DNA from: Escherichia coli
Lineage (GTDB): Bacteria > Pseudomonadota > Gammaproteobacteria > Enterobacterales > Enterobacteriaceae
DNA length: 64,000 nt
NCBI RefSeq assembly: GCF_017348835.2
Contig: NZ_CP071375.1
Direction: 5' to 3' (one strand)
Shown: piece after piece, positions 25,555-37,775 of the stretch
Position numbering within the stretch: position 1 is the stretch's first letter
How the letters are laid out: each line of letters opens with the position of its first letter
The notes under the pieces: model-generated
Databases searched by the model: none
Seen by the model: the letters and a program-made list of their open reading frames with translations, nothing else
What the model was told of the DNA's origin: nothing
Made by a program: the position numbers and the translations under genes

Positions 25555-25590
25555 CGATGCCGGATGCAGCATTTACGCCGCATCCGGCAG
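25555..25590. repeat. REP palindromic unit between convergent djlC and hscC
   Basis: gccggatgc...gcatccggc palindrome. Confidence 0.65.
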
Positions 25591-25596
25591 CCGTGA

Positions 25597-27267
25597 TTAT
25601 GGGATCTCAATGGCTAAATAAACGCTCGCCCGCCGCCTGACCTCATCGACGCGGGCCATATCGTTTGACTGCAACGCCGCATCAAAATCGGTGATCACCC
25701 GGCCAATCTCTTCTCGCTCGTCACCCAGCGCCCGCGCCCACAACTCTTCCAGTTTGGCTTTAAAGGTACGATTGATGAGCATATCGCGCGGATAAATTTT
25801 CAATGCGGATAACCGCGTCCGACTCTCTTCAATCTGCTGCGCGCTCAATGTTACCGGGCTGTGGTTAATCACTCTGGACTTAATGCTGCCGTCTTCCAGA
25901 AGCACGTCAACTTCAAGCAAACCGTTGATATCATAACTAAAGCGAATATCAATCGACTGATAAGCCCCGGTTTTCTTCAACGGCACATCGAAGGATTCCA
26001 CCAGAATGTTGTTTTTAACTTTGTGGTTTTCTCCCTGATAGACGTTAACCGTAATTGAATCCTGTTCCGGGTGCATGGTTGAATAAGTTTCTACACGCGA
26101 CACGGGCACAGTGGTGTTTCGTTCAATAATCGGCGAGAAAATGCCGGAAACGCCCTGACGGTTAACCTCAACGCCCAACGAGTAAGGGCAAATATCAGTG
26201 AGGATCACTTCTTCAATATCTTCACTGCGTAAGCGGCAGGCAGCCTGGATTGCTGCGCCCAGCGCTACAATGGTGCTCGGATCGTAACTTTGATACGGTA
26301 ATTTGCCAAACAGACGCACGGCGATTCGCTGCACCAGCGGCATTTGTGACGCGCCGCCAACCAGCACCAGACTGTCGATTTGACTCGGCTTCAGACGCGC
26401 ATCGCGCAACGCCTGTTCAATCGGCACTCGCAAGCGATTGAGCAGCGGCAACCACAAATCTTCCAGTTCGTTCTCGTAAAATTCGCATTCCCGCGTTTCA
26501 TCCTGGTACTGCCAGCGAATGTGCATTGGCGATTGATTGCTACATTTTGCCGCTTCCACACAGGCGTACAAGGCTGCCAGTTCACTCTCGTTAAGCGTGG
26601 TCCTGGCGACATCCGCGCGCTTTAAAACGTCATCGACCAACATATGGGTAAAATCTTCGCCACCGAGGAAGTTATCGCCAGCGGAGGCGTGAACTTCAAT
26701 CACCGGCGTGGCGTACTCAAGCACCGTGACGTCAAACGTGCCGCCACCGAGATCAAACACTAGCGAACGGGTATTTTGTTGGGTATGCAGGCCATACGCC
26801 ATCGCAGCTGCTGTGGGTTCATTAATTAAGCGTACCGCATTTAACCCGGCTAACTCCGCTGCTAAACGGGTATGCTTGCGTTGTTCATCGCTGAAATAAG
26901 CCGGAACAGAGATCACCACATCTTTAATCGGACGTTGCAGAAATTCTTCGGCATCTTCTTTTAATGAGCGCAATACCAAAGAGGACAGTTCTGGCGCGTT
27001 AAATGTGTCGCTGCCTAACCGCCAGTTGGTATTACTGCCCATTGCACGTTTAAATAACGCTGCCGTTTTATCCGGATGCGAAGTACGCCGTGATACAGCC
27101 GGTTTTCCGACTAAAATATGATTATTTTCATCCATGCTAATTATGGATGGTGTTAAATATTCACCGAACTTATTTGGAATTAATTGCGCGGCACCGTCTT
27201 TCCAGACGGCAATTAAACTATTGGTAGTACCGAGATCGATACCAATGGCGAGTTCTGCATTATCCAT
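25597..27267 (-). CDS. hscC: Specialised Hsp70-family chaperone HscC
   Basis: 556 aa; Hsp70 ATPase signatures (IGIDLGTTNS, DLGGGTFD); shorter than DnaK. Confidence 0.95.
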   Translation of the reverse strand: MDNAELAIGIDLGTTNSLIAVWKDGAAQLIPNKFGEYLTPSIISMDENNHILVGKPAVSRRTSHPDKTAALFKRAMGSNTNWRLGSDTFNAPELSSLVLRSLKEDAEEFLQRPIKDVVISVPAYFSDEQRKHTRLAAELAGLNAVRLINEPTAAAMAYGLHTQQNTRSLVFDLGGGTFDVTVLEYATPVIEVHASAGDNFLGGEDFTHMLVDDVLKRADVARTTLNESELAALYACVEAAKCSNQSPMHIRWQYQDETRECEFYENELEDLWLPLLNRLRVPIEQALRDARLKPSQIDSLVLVGGASQMPLVQRIAVRLFGKLPYQSYDPSTIVALGAAIQAACRLRSEDIEEVILTDICPYSLGVEVNRQGVSGIFSPIIERNTTVPVSRVETYSTMHPEQDSITVNVYQGENHKVKNNILVESFDVPLKKTGAYQSIDIRFSYDINGLLEVDVLLEDGSIKSRVINHSPVTLSAQQIEESRTRLSALKIYPRDMLINRTFKAKLEELWARALGDEREEIGRVITDFDAALQSNDMARVDEVRRRASVYLAIEIP

Positions 27268-27350
27268 TGCATTTATATCTTGAAAGAAAAAGAGATAAAC
27301 AGATTAAGACCACCCAGGTAACGCGTGGTGATCTTAATCAATGACGTGTG

Positions 27351-28286
27351 TTAAGCGTAAAATTTCAGACGATCGGCCAGTAAATCAACAAAGCCCTGAC
27401 GATCAACATCGACCATTACAGTGGCATTCGGTTTATTGCCAGTCAGATAATAATAATCAACAACCGTCATCCCCTGGGTATATTTCCCCTGTGTTTCCAC
27501 GCCAACCCAGCGCTCAACAGTGGTAAACAACTCGGGTTTCAACAGCCAGGCGATGGTGCATGGGTCATGCAGCGGTGCGCCGACAAAGCCCCATTTTTCG
27601 TCTTTATGATATTCGAGGAAGAAATCCAGCAGTTCGGCAACAATGGTTGAAACAGGGTTGCCAATCGCGCGGAAACGCTCAGTGTCTTCAACGTGGATTT
27701 GTGCTTTGTGAGTAACATCCAGACCTGCCATCACCACCGGGATCCCTGACTGGAAGACAATTTCTGCCGCTTCCGGGTCAACGTAAATATTAAATTCAGC
27801 CGCAGGCGTCCAGTTACCAAGCCCCATTGCGCCGCCCATAATCACGATACGGGCAATTTTGCTATGCAGTTCCGGATGGCTATTGAGCAGCAAGGCAACG
27901 TTAGTTTGCGGTCCGGTAGAAACAATGGTGACAGGTTCCGCACTTTCACGCAGCGTTTTCGCCATTAGCTCTACCGCCGTACAGTTTTGCGGTGCGAACG
28001 CCGGTTCCGGTAATGCCGGGCCGTCGAGACCGCTTTCGCCGTGCACATTGTCCGCGATAATCAACTCACGCATTAACGGTTTTACCGCGCCGCCTGCTAC
28101 CGGAATATCGGTGCGATTAAGCAAGGTCAGCATACGCAGAACATTGCGTAAGGTTTTTTCTGGTGTCTGGTTTCCGGCGGAAGACGTAATTGCTTTGACA
28201 TCAAGCTCTGGTGAGGCGAGGGCGAGAACTATTGCGATAGCGTCGTCATGACCTGGGTCGCAATCTAACAGAATTGGCAGTGCCAT
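27351..28286 (-). CDS. rihA: Pyrimidine-specific ribonucleoside hydrolase RihA
   Basis: DCDPGHDD nucleoside-hydrolase motif; start set at the internal ATG ([15 protein letters not shown], 311 aa). Confidence 0.92.
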   Translation of the reverse strand: MALPILLDCDPGHDDAIAIVLALASPELDVKAITSSAGNQTPEKTLRNVLRMLTLLNRTDIPVAGGAVKPLMRELIIADNVHGESGLDGPALPEPAFAPQNCTAVELMAKTLRESAEPVTIVSTGPQTNVALLLNSHPELHSKIARIVIMGGAMGLGNWTPAAEFNIYVDPEAAEIVFQSGIPVVMAGLDVTHKAQIHVEDTERFRAIGNPVSTIVAELLDFFLEYHKDEKWGFVGAPLHDPCTIAWLLKPELFTTVERWVGVETQGKYTQGMTVVDYYYLTGNKPNATVMVDVDRQGFVDLLADRLKFYA

Positions 28287-28403
28287 TGTTGCTCCTTGTT
28301 GTGTGCTTCTTTGCGACAAGGGTAACGCCAGGATGTAACAGATACGAGGGGCGAAACGATAAAGCGTGAGATGGCGCGCAATTGGGTATGCGCGCCAGAG
28401 TGA

Positions 28404-29129
28404 TTAATGCAGGATTTTCGCGAGGAAGTCTTTTGCGCGGTCCGATTTCGGATCATCGAAGAAAGCGTCTTTCGGCGAGTCTTCGACAATTTTACCCTCG
28501 TCCATAAAGATCACCCGATTCGCCACTTTACGGGCAAAGCCCATTTCGTGGGTCACCACCATCATGGTCATTCCTTCGTTCGCCAGTTCGACCATTACGT
28601 CCAGCACTTCGTTGATCATCTCCGGATCCAGCGCCGATGTCGGTTCGTCGAACAGCATGGCAATAGGATCCATACACAATGCGCGAGCGATCGCCACACG
28701 CTGCTGCTGACCGCCGGAAAGCTGCGCCGGAAATTTATTGGCATGTGCGGAAAGTCCCACGCGCTCCAGCAATTTCAATGCTTTTTCACGAGCCGGCGCT
28801 TTATCGCGTTTAAGCACTTTCACCTGCGCCAGGGTCAGGTTTTCGATAATCGACAGATGAGGGAACAGCTCGAAATGTTGGAATACCATCCCGACGCGAG
28901 AACGCAGCTTTGCCAGATCGGTTTTCTTGTCGTTAACCACGATACCATCGACGGTGATTTCACCTTGCTGCACTGGTTCGAGGCCGTTGACGGTTTTAAT
29001 CAGCGTTGATTTGCCGGAACCAGACGGGCCGCAAACCACCACTACTTCGCCTTTTTTCACTTCGGTTGAGCAGTCGGTCAGCACCTGAAAGTGACCATAC
29101 CATTTTGAAACATTTTTCAGGGTAATCAT
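28404..29129 (-). CDS. gltL: Glutamate/aspartate ABC transporter ATP-binding protein
   Basis: 241 aa; Walker A (GPSGSGKST), ABC signature (LSGGQQQR). Confidence 0.95.
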   Translation of the reverse strand: MITLKNVSKWYGHFQVLTDCSTEVKKGEVVVVCGPSGSGKSTLIKTVNGLEPVQQGEITVDGIVVNDKKTDLAKLRSRVGMVFQHFELFPHLSIIENLTLAQVKVLKRDKAPAREKALKLLERVGLSAHANKFPAQLSGGQQQRVAIARALCMDPIAMLFDEPTSALDPEMINEVLDVMVELANEGMTMMVVTHEMGFARKVANRVIFMDEGKIVEDSPKDAFFDDPKSDRAKDFLAKILH

Positions 29130-29803
29130 TATGCTGTCCTTCTTTTCAAGTAGCTGACCAACAACGACGCGCTAAGGCTAATAACGAAATAAACAAATCC
29201 GGCAAACAGGATCATCTCAACCTGCGTACCATCACGCTCACCAATGGTTGAGGCGGTACGGAAGAAATCGGCCAGAGATAACACATACACCAGTGAGGTA
29301 TCCTGGAACAGTACGATGCCCTGAGTGAGCAGCAGCGGCACCATCGCGCGGAACGCCTGCGGCAGAATAATCAGTTTCATCGACTGCCAGTGAGTCATTC
29401 CCAACGCCAGCGCGGCGCTCGACTGACCACGAGAAATACTTTGGATACCAGCACGGATAATCTCTGAATAGTAGGCCGCTTCAAACATCGAAAACGCCAC
29501 CATCGCCGAAATTAAACGGATATCATTTTTTGGCGATAATCCCAGCACGTTTTGCAGAAAACCCGGCACGATCAGGTAAAACCACAGCAAAACCATAACT
29601 AAAGGAATCGAGCGGAATACGTTAACGTAGGCTTTGGCAAACCACGCTACGGGCGCAAAGCTGGACAAGCGCATCACCGCCAGCATGGTGCCCCACAAAA
29701 TACCAATCACGACTGCCGTGACGGTGATTTTCAGCGTGATCACCAGCCCGTCGAGCAGATATGGCAGGGAAGGGACAATGGAACTCCAGTCAAACTCGTA
29801 CAT
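29129..29803 (-). CDS. gltK: Glutamate/aspartate ABC transporter permease
   Basis: 224-aa polytopic permease; overlaps gltL and gltJ ends. Confidence 0.93.
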
Positions 29804-30543
29804 TATTTGCCCCCCATGTTGCCAGGCAGGCGAACTTTACGTTCAACCAGCGTCATCACCAGCATGATAAAAGCGTTAATCAACACATACGCTAGCGTAA
29901 TGGCGGTAAACGACTCCCAGGCATGGGCCGAGTAATCGAGTAATTTACCCGCCTGCGCCGCCATATCCACCAGGCCGATAGTCGAGGCGATGGCGGAGTT
30001 TTTCACCAGGTTCATCATCTCTGAGGTCATCGGCGGGACGATAACGCGATAAGCATTAGGCAGCAGTACGTAGCGGTAAGCTTGCGGTAGCGTCAGACCC
30101 ATCGCCAGCGCGGCATTTTTTTGCCCGCGCGGCAGCGACTGAATCGCGGCGCGTACCTGTTCGCAAACACGGGCGGCGGTAAACAGCCCCAGGCAGAGCA
30201 TGGATGAAAGGAAAAACTGAATATTGGGATCCAGCTCGGCCTTAAACCACATGCCGATTTTCTCCGGCAGCAGCTCCGGGATCACCAGATACCAGGTAAA
30301 GAATTGCACAATCAACGGCACGTTGCGGAACAGTTCGACATACAACGTACCCAGACCGGAGAGAAAACGGTTTGGAACGGTACGTAAAATGCCGAAAAAT
30401 GAACCGACGAGGAAAGCGATAATCCAGGCGCAGATCGACAAAGCGATCGTCACCTGAAAACCACTCCAGATCCAACCAAGATAGGTGGTGTTGCCGAACG
30501 GGGCTTGTTGTAAAAAAATACCCCAGTTCCAGTCTATAGACAT
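29803..30543 (-). CDS. gltJ: Glutamate/aspartate ABC transporter permease
   Basis: 246-aa permease. Confidence 0.93.
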
Positions 30544-30554
30544 AAATCTACTCC

Positions 30555-30717
30555 AGAAAAAAGAGGGTAGCAGCGTTAACTGCTACCCTCGAAGATTGTT
30601 ACCCAGCGTATTGCGGTTTTCAGGCCCGATGGGGAACGACCATCAGGCGTATAGTCTGTCCGTGCTACGTAACAATCGAGAGGGCTAGAATTTCCGCCCC
30701 TGGTTCTTGTAATTAGT
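30555..30717 (-). ncRNA. sroC: SroC sRNA, processed from the gltI-gltJ spacer (GcvB sponge)
   Basis: Position between gltI and gltJ with an intrinsic terminator at its 3' end; boundaries placed from remembered K-12 layout, not computed. Confidence 0.55.
30556..30592 (-). terminator. Rho-independent terminator/attenuator after gltI (3' end of sroC)
   Basis: Minus-strand hairpin gagggtagcag..ctgctaccctc followed by a U6 run (A6 on + at 30556-30561). Confidence 0.8.
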
Positions 30718-31621
30718 TCAGTGCCTTGTCATTCGGTTCTTTGAACAGTGCTTTCATTTCGTCTGACAGTTCGAAATTCATGTTCAGGTTTTTCGGCGGA
30801 ATGGGATTTTTGAACCATTTATCAAACCATTTTTCCGCTTCACCGGAGGTCTGCACCTGAGCGATGGTGTCATCCATCAGCTTTTTGAACTGCGGATCGT
30901 CTTTACGCAACATGCAACCGTAGGCTTCCTGAGACTGTGGCTTGCCGACGATATCCCAGTTGTCTGGTTTCTTCGCTTTCGCACGTTCACCGGCCAGCAG
31001 AGCATCATCCATCATAAAGGCAACGGCACGACCGCTTTCCAGGGTACGGAAAGAGTCACCGTGATCTTTGGCGCTGATGATGCGCATATTCATTTTTTGC
31101 TCTTCATTCAGTTTGTTGAGCAAAACTTCAGAGGTAGTGCCGGAAGTGACGACTACGGCTTTGCCTTTCAGGTCGGCAAAATCTTTGATATCGCCGCCCT
31201 TTTTGGTCAACAGGCGCGTACCGACCACGAAAATAGTGTCAGAGAAAGCCGCCTGTTTTTGGCGTTCGACGTTGTTGGTGGTAGAACCACATTCAAAATC
31301 GAAAGTGCCGTTTTGCAGAAGAGGAATACGGTTTTGTGAGGTGATCGGAATCAGTTTCACCTGCAAGTCCGGTTTGTTGAGTTTCTTTTTCACTGCTTCA
31401 ACAATGGCGTTGGAGTAATCCTGCGAGTAACCCACCACTTTTTGCTGATTGTCGTAATAAGAGAAAGGTACTGAAGATTCACGGTGACCGACGACAATCA
31501 CACCGTTTTTGGCGATTTTGTCCAGCGTACTACCTGCTGCCGGGGCGGCGTCATCTGCCTGTGCCAGGCCTGCGGAAAGCGCCAGGGCCAGGATTGCTGT
31601 GGCAGGTTTACGTAATTGCAT
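30713..31621 (-). CDS. gltI: Glutamate/aspartate periplasmic binding protein
   Basis: Start at the internal ATG 31621 (MQLRKPATAILALALSAGLAQA signal peptide, 302 aa); ORF-track start 31696 is too far upstream. Confidence 0.93.
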   Translation of the reverse strand: MQLRKPATAILALALSAGLAQADDAAPAAGSTLDKIAKNGVIVVGHRESSVPFSYYDNQQKVVGYSQDYSNAIVEAVKKKLNKPDLQVKLIPITSQNRIPLLQNGTFDFECGSTTNNVERQKQAAFSDTIFVVGTRLLTKKGGDIKDFADLKGKAVVVTSGTTSEVLLNKLNEEQKMNMRIISAKDHGDSFRTLESGRAVAFMMDDALLAGERAKAKKPDNWDIVGKPQSQEAYGCMLRKDDPQFKKLMDDTIAQVQTSGEAEKWFDKWFKNPIPPKNLNMNFELSDEMKALFKEPNDKALN

Positions 31622-32017
31622 ATCCAACTCCTTTATCTTCTGCGTTAAAAACGCATGGATACTCGTTGTGAGTGTTTGTGTTGTTATCATCTGCAACTTT
31701 ATTGTGCAGTGTTGTGCTTGTTAGGTAACATTTAGTTTGGCTAAATGTAAAGATAATGCTGTTTTATTGTTTGTTTTTGCGAGATGCGCCGCACCATTCC
31801 GAAGCAAAATTCTTAAAATGCACTCTTTTGGTGCTACCGATGGATTGCTGTGGTGCAACCGGGTTGTACTGATGCTGGTTCAAGCTTTGCCTTGTATAAC
31901 AAAGCAATAGATGTGCCAAAGTTGGATAGGAGAATATTGTTATCCGGATAATGCACTGATGCCGCATCCGGTGAGCGTGCCGAAATATGGGATGTATTCC
32001 GGCACGATAAGAAGGGA

Positions 32018-33556
32018 TTATTTACGTCGCTGACGCAGACTCATCAACACAGCAGCAAAACCAAACAGTGCCGTCAGCACCCACAGCGGCCAGTTGCCGG
32101 TACGTGCATACGGTGTGAGTCCGGTGGTCGGCGTCACATTAGTGGTTAACACCTCGCGGGTGAACTGCGGGATCATCGCCTGAATCTCACCCTGCGGGCC
32201 AATCACCGCCGTAATGCCGTTGTTGGTGCTGCGCAACAGTGGGCGCGCCAGCTCCAGCGCACGCATTCGCGCCATCTGGAAGTGTTGCCATGGACCAATA
32301 GATTTACCAAACCACGCATCGTTGGAGATAGTCAGCAGATAGTCGGTATCCGGGCGGAAGTTATCGCGCACTTGCTCGCCGAGAATGATCTCGTAGCAAA
32401 TAGCCGCAGTAAGCTCAATACCATTTGCCGACAGCGGCGGCTGGATATATGGCCCACGGCTGAACGACGACATCGGCAGATCAAAGAACGGTGCTAACGG
32501 ACGCAGAATCGACTCCAGCGGGACAAACTCGCCAAACGGCACCAGATGGTTTTTGTTATAGCGATCGGCTGATTCGTAGCTGTACGGTGCACCTTTACCC
32601 AGCGTGATGATGGTGTTGTAGGTATCGTAACGGTTCTGCTTATTAAGACGCGCGTCAACAATCCCGGTCACCAGCGTACTCCCTTTATCACGCAACTCAC
32701 CGTCCAGTGCTTTGAGGAACGGTTGCTGATTAATTTCCAGATCGGTTATCGCCGACTCCGGCCAGATAATCAACGATGATTTGCCCATCAGTGGTGCCGT
32801 TGCGTTGTAGTAAATCTTCAGCGTATTAAGAAGCTGGCCTTCGTCCCATTTCAGCGATTGCGGAATATCGCCCTGAACCATCGAAACCTGAATGGTTTTC
32901 TCCGGTTGTGGGGTAAACCACTGGATGTAACGCAGCGGGAAGGGAAGGGCAAACAGCACGACGGCCACCACCAGCGGACGCCAGTTGCGTTTGACTAACG
33001 CCAGTGCCAGCAGGCCGCTAACCATCATCAGCAGGAAGTTAATGGCTTCCACGCCCATTAGCGGTGCCAGCCCTTTTAACGGGCCATCAATCTGGCTATA
33101 GCCGAACTGTAACCACGGGAAGCCTGTCAGTACCCAACCGCGCAGAAACTCGGTCACTTGCCAGAGAGCAGGGGCGGCAATCGCCACGCGCAGCCAGGTG
33201 GTTTTCGGCCACAGGCGCGACAGCACGCCAGCAAACAGTCCGGTATACAGCGACAAATACGCTGCCAGTAGCACCACCAGGAAGATGTTAACCGGGCCAG
33301 GCATTCCGCCAAAGGTCGCGATGCTGACATAGACCCAGTTAATACCGCTGCCAAAGAGGCCAAATCCCCAGCAAAAGCCAATAGCGGCAGACTGGAGTGG
33401 ACGGCGGTTAAAGGTCAACGCCTGAAGCCCCATCAGCGAAATAATCGCCGCAGGCCAGACGTCGTAAGGAGAGAAGGCCAGCGTTCCGCAGGCACCGAAT
33501 AATAACGCCAGCAGCAGGCGAATGCGCTGGCGTTCAATTAATGAGGCAAAAGCCAT
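32018..33556 (-). CDS. lnt: Apolipoprotein N-acyltransferase
   Basis: 512 aa; N-terminal TM helices plus C-terminal CN-hydrolase domain. Confidence 0.95.
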   Translation of the reverse strand: MAFASLIERQRIRLLLALLFGACGTLAFSPYDVWPAAIISLMGLQALTFNRRPLQSAAIGFCWGFGLFGSGINWVYVSIATFGGMPGPVNIFLVVLLAAYLSLYTGLFAGVLSRLWPKTTWLRVAIAAPALWQVTEFLRGWVLTGFPWLQFGYSQIDGPLKGLAPLMGVEAINFLLMMVSGLLALALVKRNWRPLVVAVVLFALPFPLRYIQWFTPQPEKTIQVSMVQGDIPQSLKWDEGQLLNTLKIYYNATAPLMGKSSLIIWPESAITDLEINQQPFLKALDGELRDKGSTLVTGIVDARLNKQNRYDTYNTIITLGKGAPYSYESADRYNKNHLVPFGEFVPLESILRPLAPFFDLPMSSFSRGPYIQPPLSANGIELTAAICYEIILGEQVRDNFRPDTDYLLTISNDAWFGKSIGPWQHFQMARMRALELARPLLRSTNNGITAVIGPQGEIQAMIPQFTREVLTTNVTPTTGLTPYARTGNWPLWVLTALFGFAAVLMSLRQRRK

Positions 33557-33580
33557 GTAGTTATCTATCCAGTTTCGGTT

Positions 33581-34459
33581 TTATTCATCCAGCTTTGGCT
33601 GGGGTGAGTCATCCGGGATTTTGACATGAACCTGAATAATACGCCGACTATCGGCCATCGCCACTTTGAACTGGTAACCGTCGATGTCGATGGTTTCGCC
33701 ACGCGCCGGAAGATGCCCAAATGCCTGCATCACCAGACCACCGATAGTGTCGACTTCTTCATCGCTAAAGTGGGTGCCGAACGCTTCGTTGAAGTCTTCA
33801 ATGGAAGCCAGTGCGCGTACGGTCCAAGTATGACGACTCAGCTGACGGAAGTCGATATCATCTTCTTCGTCATACTCGTCTTCAATCTCACCAACAATCA
33901 GTTCCAGGATGTCTTCAATGGTCACCAGACCGGAAACCCCACCGAATTCGTCAATGACGATCGCCATGTGGTAACGCTGAGAGCGAAACTCTTTCAGCAT
34001 CCGGTCTACGCGCTTACTTTCAGGAACGACAACCGCCTGACGTAACACTTTGTCCATGCTGAAGGCTTCAGCATCGCTGCGCATAAACGGCAGCAAGTCT
34101 TTCGCCATCAGAATCCCTTCAATGTGATCTTTGTCTTCGCTAATCACCGGGAAACGTGAGTGGGCGGACTCGATGATGACATCAAGGCATTCGTCCAGCG
34201 TCTGGTTGCGTTTCAGGGTAATCATCTGGGAGCGGGGGATCATGATGTCGCGGACGCGTTGGTCTGCGATGTCCATCACCCCTTCGAGCATATCGCGCGT
34301 ATCTTCGTCGATAAGGTCGTTCTGCCCGGAATCACGGATCAGCGCCAGCAGTTCGTCACGGTTTTTCGGTTCACCGTGGAAAAGTTGGCTGAGTAACAGG
34401 GAGAAAAATCCCTTCTTGTTGCTTATCGTGTCACTACTGTGTGAATTGTCGTCGCTCAT
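33581..34459 (-). CDS. corC: Mg/Co efflux-associated protein CorC (CBS + CorC_HlyC domains)
   Basis: 292-aa ORF matches CorC/YbeX. Confidence 0.93.
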   Translation of the reverse strand: MSDDNSHSSDTISNKKGFFSLLLSQLFHGEPKNRDELLALIRDSGQNDLIDEDTRDMLEGVMDIADQRVRDIMIPRSQMITLKRNQTLDECLDVIIESAHSRFPVISEDKDHIEGILMAKDLLPFMRSDAEAFSMDKVLRQAVVVPESKRVDRMLKEFRSQRYHMAIVIDEFGGVSGLVTIEDILELIVGEIEDEYDEEDDIDFRQLSRHTWTVRALASIEDFNEAFGTHFSDEEVDTIGGLVMQAFGHLPARGETIDIDGYQFKVAMADSRRIIQVHVKIPDDSPQPKLDE

Positions 34460-34548
34460 GGCGTCGTATGGGTTCTCAGGTTAGTTAATCAAAACGCCGT
34501 CGTTAATCACCAACGGCGGGGACGTCTGCCAGCCAAATGCCTGGCAAA

Positions 34549-35016
34549 TTATTCTTTCTCGGCAATGTACGGATCCTCATAGCCCAGAGCAAGCATAATC
34601 TCTGTTTCGAGGGCTTCCATTTCTTCTGCTTCGTCATCTTCGATGTGATCGTAACCTAACAAATGCAGACTGCCGTGCACCACCATATGCGCCCAGTGCG
34701 CCTCCAGTGGTTTGCCTTGCTCCTGAGCTTCCTTCTCAACCACCTGACGGCAGATAACCAGATCGCCCAGTAGCGACATCTCCATGCCAGGCGGCACTTC
34801 AAACGGGAAGGAGAGCACGTTGGTCGGCTTATCCTTACCGCGATAGGTCAGATTCAGACTGTGGCTTTCGGCGGTATCGACCACGCGAATAGTTACTTCC
34901 GATTCTTCCTGAAACTGCGGGATCACCGCATTCAGCCATGTTTGAAACTGGCTCTCTTCCGGCAATCCGGAGTTATCTTCACATGCCAGTTGTAAATCGA
35001 GGATCACCTGACTCAT
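34549..35016 (-). CDS. ybeY: Endoribonuclease YbeY (rRNA maturation)
   Basis: 155 aa; HxxxHxxGxxH metal motif ([11 protein letters not shown]). Confidence 0.95.
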
Positions 35017-36053
35017 TTTTGTTCCTGTTCTTCGCGCTTGCGTTCTGCTGCCAGCGCCGCTTTACGTTTTTGTTCTGCTTCTTCCCAGGCTTCATAAGCG
35101 TTAACGATACGCGCCACCACCGGGTGACGAACCACGTCTTCGCTGTGGAAGAAGTTAAAGCTGATCTCTTCGACATCGGCCAGCACTTCAATGGCATGAC
35201 GTAAGCCTGATTTAGTATTACGCGGCAGGTCGATCTGTGTGACGTCGCCGGTGATAACCGCTTTTGAGTTAAAACCGATACGGGTCAGGAACATCTTCAT
35301 CTGTTCGATGGTGGTGTTCTGGCTCTCATCGAGAATGATAAAGGCGTCATTCAGCGTACGACCACGCATATAGGCCAGCGGTGCGACTTCAATAACGTTG
35401 CGCTCAATCAGTTTCTCGACTTTCTCAAAGCCCAGCATTTCAAACAGCGCGTCGTACAGTGGGCGCAGATACGGGTCTACTTTCTGGCTTAAATCGCCAG
35501 GCAGGAAGCCCAGTTTCTCACCGGCTTCTACTGCCGGACGAGTCAGCAGAATACGGCGAATTTCCTGACGCTCCAGGGCATCAACTGCTGCAGCCACTGC
35601 CAGGTAGGTTTTACCCGTACCCGCCGGGCCAACGCCGAAGGTAATGTCATGGTCGAGAATATTGGCGATGTACTGCGCCTGGTTTGGCGTGCGCGGCTTA
35701 ATTACGCCGCGTTTGGTTTTGATATTGACCGCTTTGCCGTACTCCGGCACGCTCTCCGCGCTTTGCTCCAGTACCCGTGCTTCTTTAATCGCAAGGTGGA
35801 TCTGTTCCGGTTCGATATCCTGAATCTGACCGCGCATCGGGGCAGTATCGACATACAGGCTACGCAGAATGTCTGCCGCAGCGGTGACGCAAATCGGACG
35901 GCCGGTCAGTTTAAAGTGGTTATCGCGGCGATTGATCTCGATGCCGAGACGGCGTTCGAGCTGCTTGATGTTGTCATCAAACGGGCCGCACAGGCTCAAC
36001 AGACGCGCATTGTCTGCTGGCTCCAGGGTGATTTCGCGAGTGTCTATGTTCAA
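35013..36053 (-). CDS. ybeZ: PhoH-like ATPase YbeZ
   Basis: Walker A (GPAGTGKT). TTG start at 36053 with a strong RBS (aagagga) gives 346 aa; the ATG at 36092 (359 aa) has no good RBS. Confidence 0.88.
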
Positions 36054-36205
36054 ACCGTTCCTCTTATCTGTATGCCGCCGGAAGCTGAACATTCACCGGC
36101 CTATAAGGAAATTATTCACGCCACAGGAAAAAGGCGCAAGCATTGCGATAAAGATGGGGATAAAGAGAGAAAAAACAAGGCCCACCGGAACGGCAGGCCT
36201 GAGAA

Positions 36206-37630
36206 TTACGGCTGATAATAACCCACGCCAAGGTCGTTTTCTTTGCGGGTACGGGCAATCACCGATTCCGGTGTTTCTGCCACGCGCAGACCCATTTCAT
36301 CTTCAGTTCGCACCACTTTACCGCGCAGAGAGTTCGGGTAGACGTCGGTAATTTCTACATCGACGAATTTACCGATCATATCCGGCGTGCCTTCGAAGTT
36401 GACCACGCGGTTATTTTCCGTACGCCCGGAAAGCTCCATGATGCTCTTACGCGATGTACCTTCTACCAGAATACGCTGGGTGGTGCCGAGCATCCGACGG
36501 CTCCATGCCATCGCTTGCTGATTAATGCGCTCTTGCAGAATATACAGACGCTGCTTCTTCTCTTCTTCCGGAACATCATCAACCATATCGGCGGCTGGTG
36601 TACCCGGACGTGCAGAGAAGATAAAGCTGTAGCTCATGTCGAAATTGACGTCGGCAATCAGCTTCATCGTTTTCTCGAAGTCTTCGGTGGTTTCGCCAGG
36701 GAAGCCAACGATGAAGTCAGAACTGATCTGAATATCCGGACGCGCCGCACGCAGTTTACGGATGATCGCTTTGTACTCCAGCGCCGTATGGGTACGTCCC
36801 ATCAGGTTCAGAATACGATCGGAACCGCTCTGTACCGGCAGATGCAGGAAGCTCACCAGCTCCGGCGTGTCGCGATACACTTCGATGATATCGTCGGTGA
36901 ATTCGATCGGATGGCTGGTGGTAAAGCGAATACGATCGATCCCGTCGATCGCAGCAACCAGACGCAACAGATCGGCAAACGATCCTGTGGTGCCGTCGTA
37001 GTTTTCACCACGCCAGGCGTTCACGTTCTGACCGAGCAGGTTGACTTCACGCACGCCCTGAGCCGCAAGCTGGGCAATTTCAAACAGAATATCGTCGGAG
37101 GGACGGCTTACCTCTTCACCACGGGTGTAAGGCACCACGCAGTAGGTGCAATATTTATTGCAGCCTTCCATGATGGAGACAAACGCGGTCGGTCCTTCGG
37201 CGCGCGGTTCCGGTAGACGGTCAAACTTCTCGATTTCCGGGAAGCTGATATCTACAACCGGGCTGCGGTCGCCGCGCACGGAGTTGATCATCTCCGGCAG
37301 ACGGTGCAGCGTTTGCGGCCCAAAAATAATATCGACATAGTGGGCGCGCTGGCGAATGTGCTCGCCTTCTTGCGATGCCACGCAGCCACCGACGCCGATA
37401 ATCAGGTCTGGATTCTTCTCTTTTAACAGTTTCCAGCGACCCAACTGATGGAAGACTTTTTCCTGAGCCTTCTCGCGGATTGAGCAGGTGTTCAGCAGCA
37501 GCACATCCGCTTCTTCCGCCACGTCGGTCAGTTGATAGCCGTGGGTGGCATCCAGCAGATCGGCCATCTTCGATGAATCGTACTCGTTCATCTGACAGCC
37601 CCAGGTTTTAATATGGAGTTTTTTGGTCAT
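36206..37630 (-). CDS. miaB: tRNA-i6A37 methylthiotransferase MiaB
   Basis: 474 aa; radical-SAM CxxxCxxC (CNKYCTYC) plus N-terminal MTTase Cys. Confidence 0.95.
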
Positions 37631-37775
37631 CGACTTGCTCTTGCGAAATAGTAGCCAGGAATGCAGGGCGCATAGTGTAATGCTTTGCTGCCGTTGTGAC
37701 CAGTATGAGCGTTATCAGCCCTTAGGGGTAAAAATCCTGTAAACTTAAAGCATATTGCTAACAGGATGATTGACC

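Noticed and set aside
31764-31967. 67-aa ORF between gltI and lnt
   Set aside because: Lies in the gltI promoter/REP-like region with no RBS or recognisable domain.
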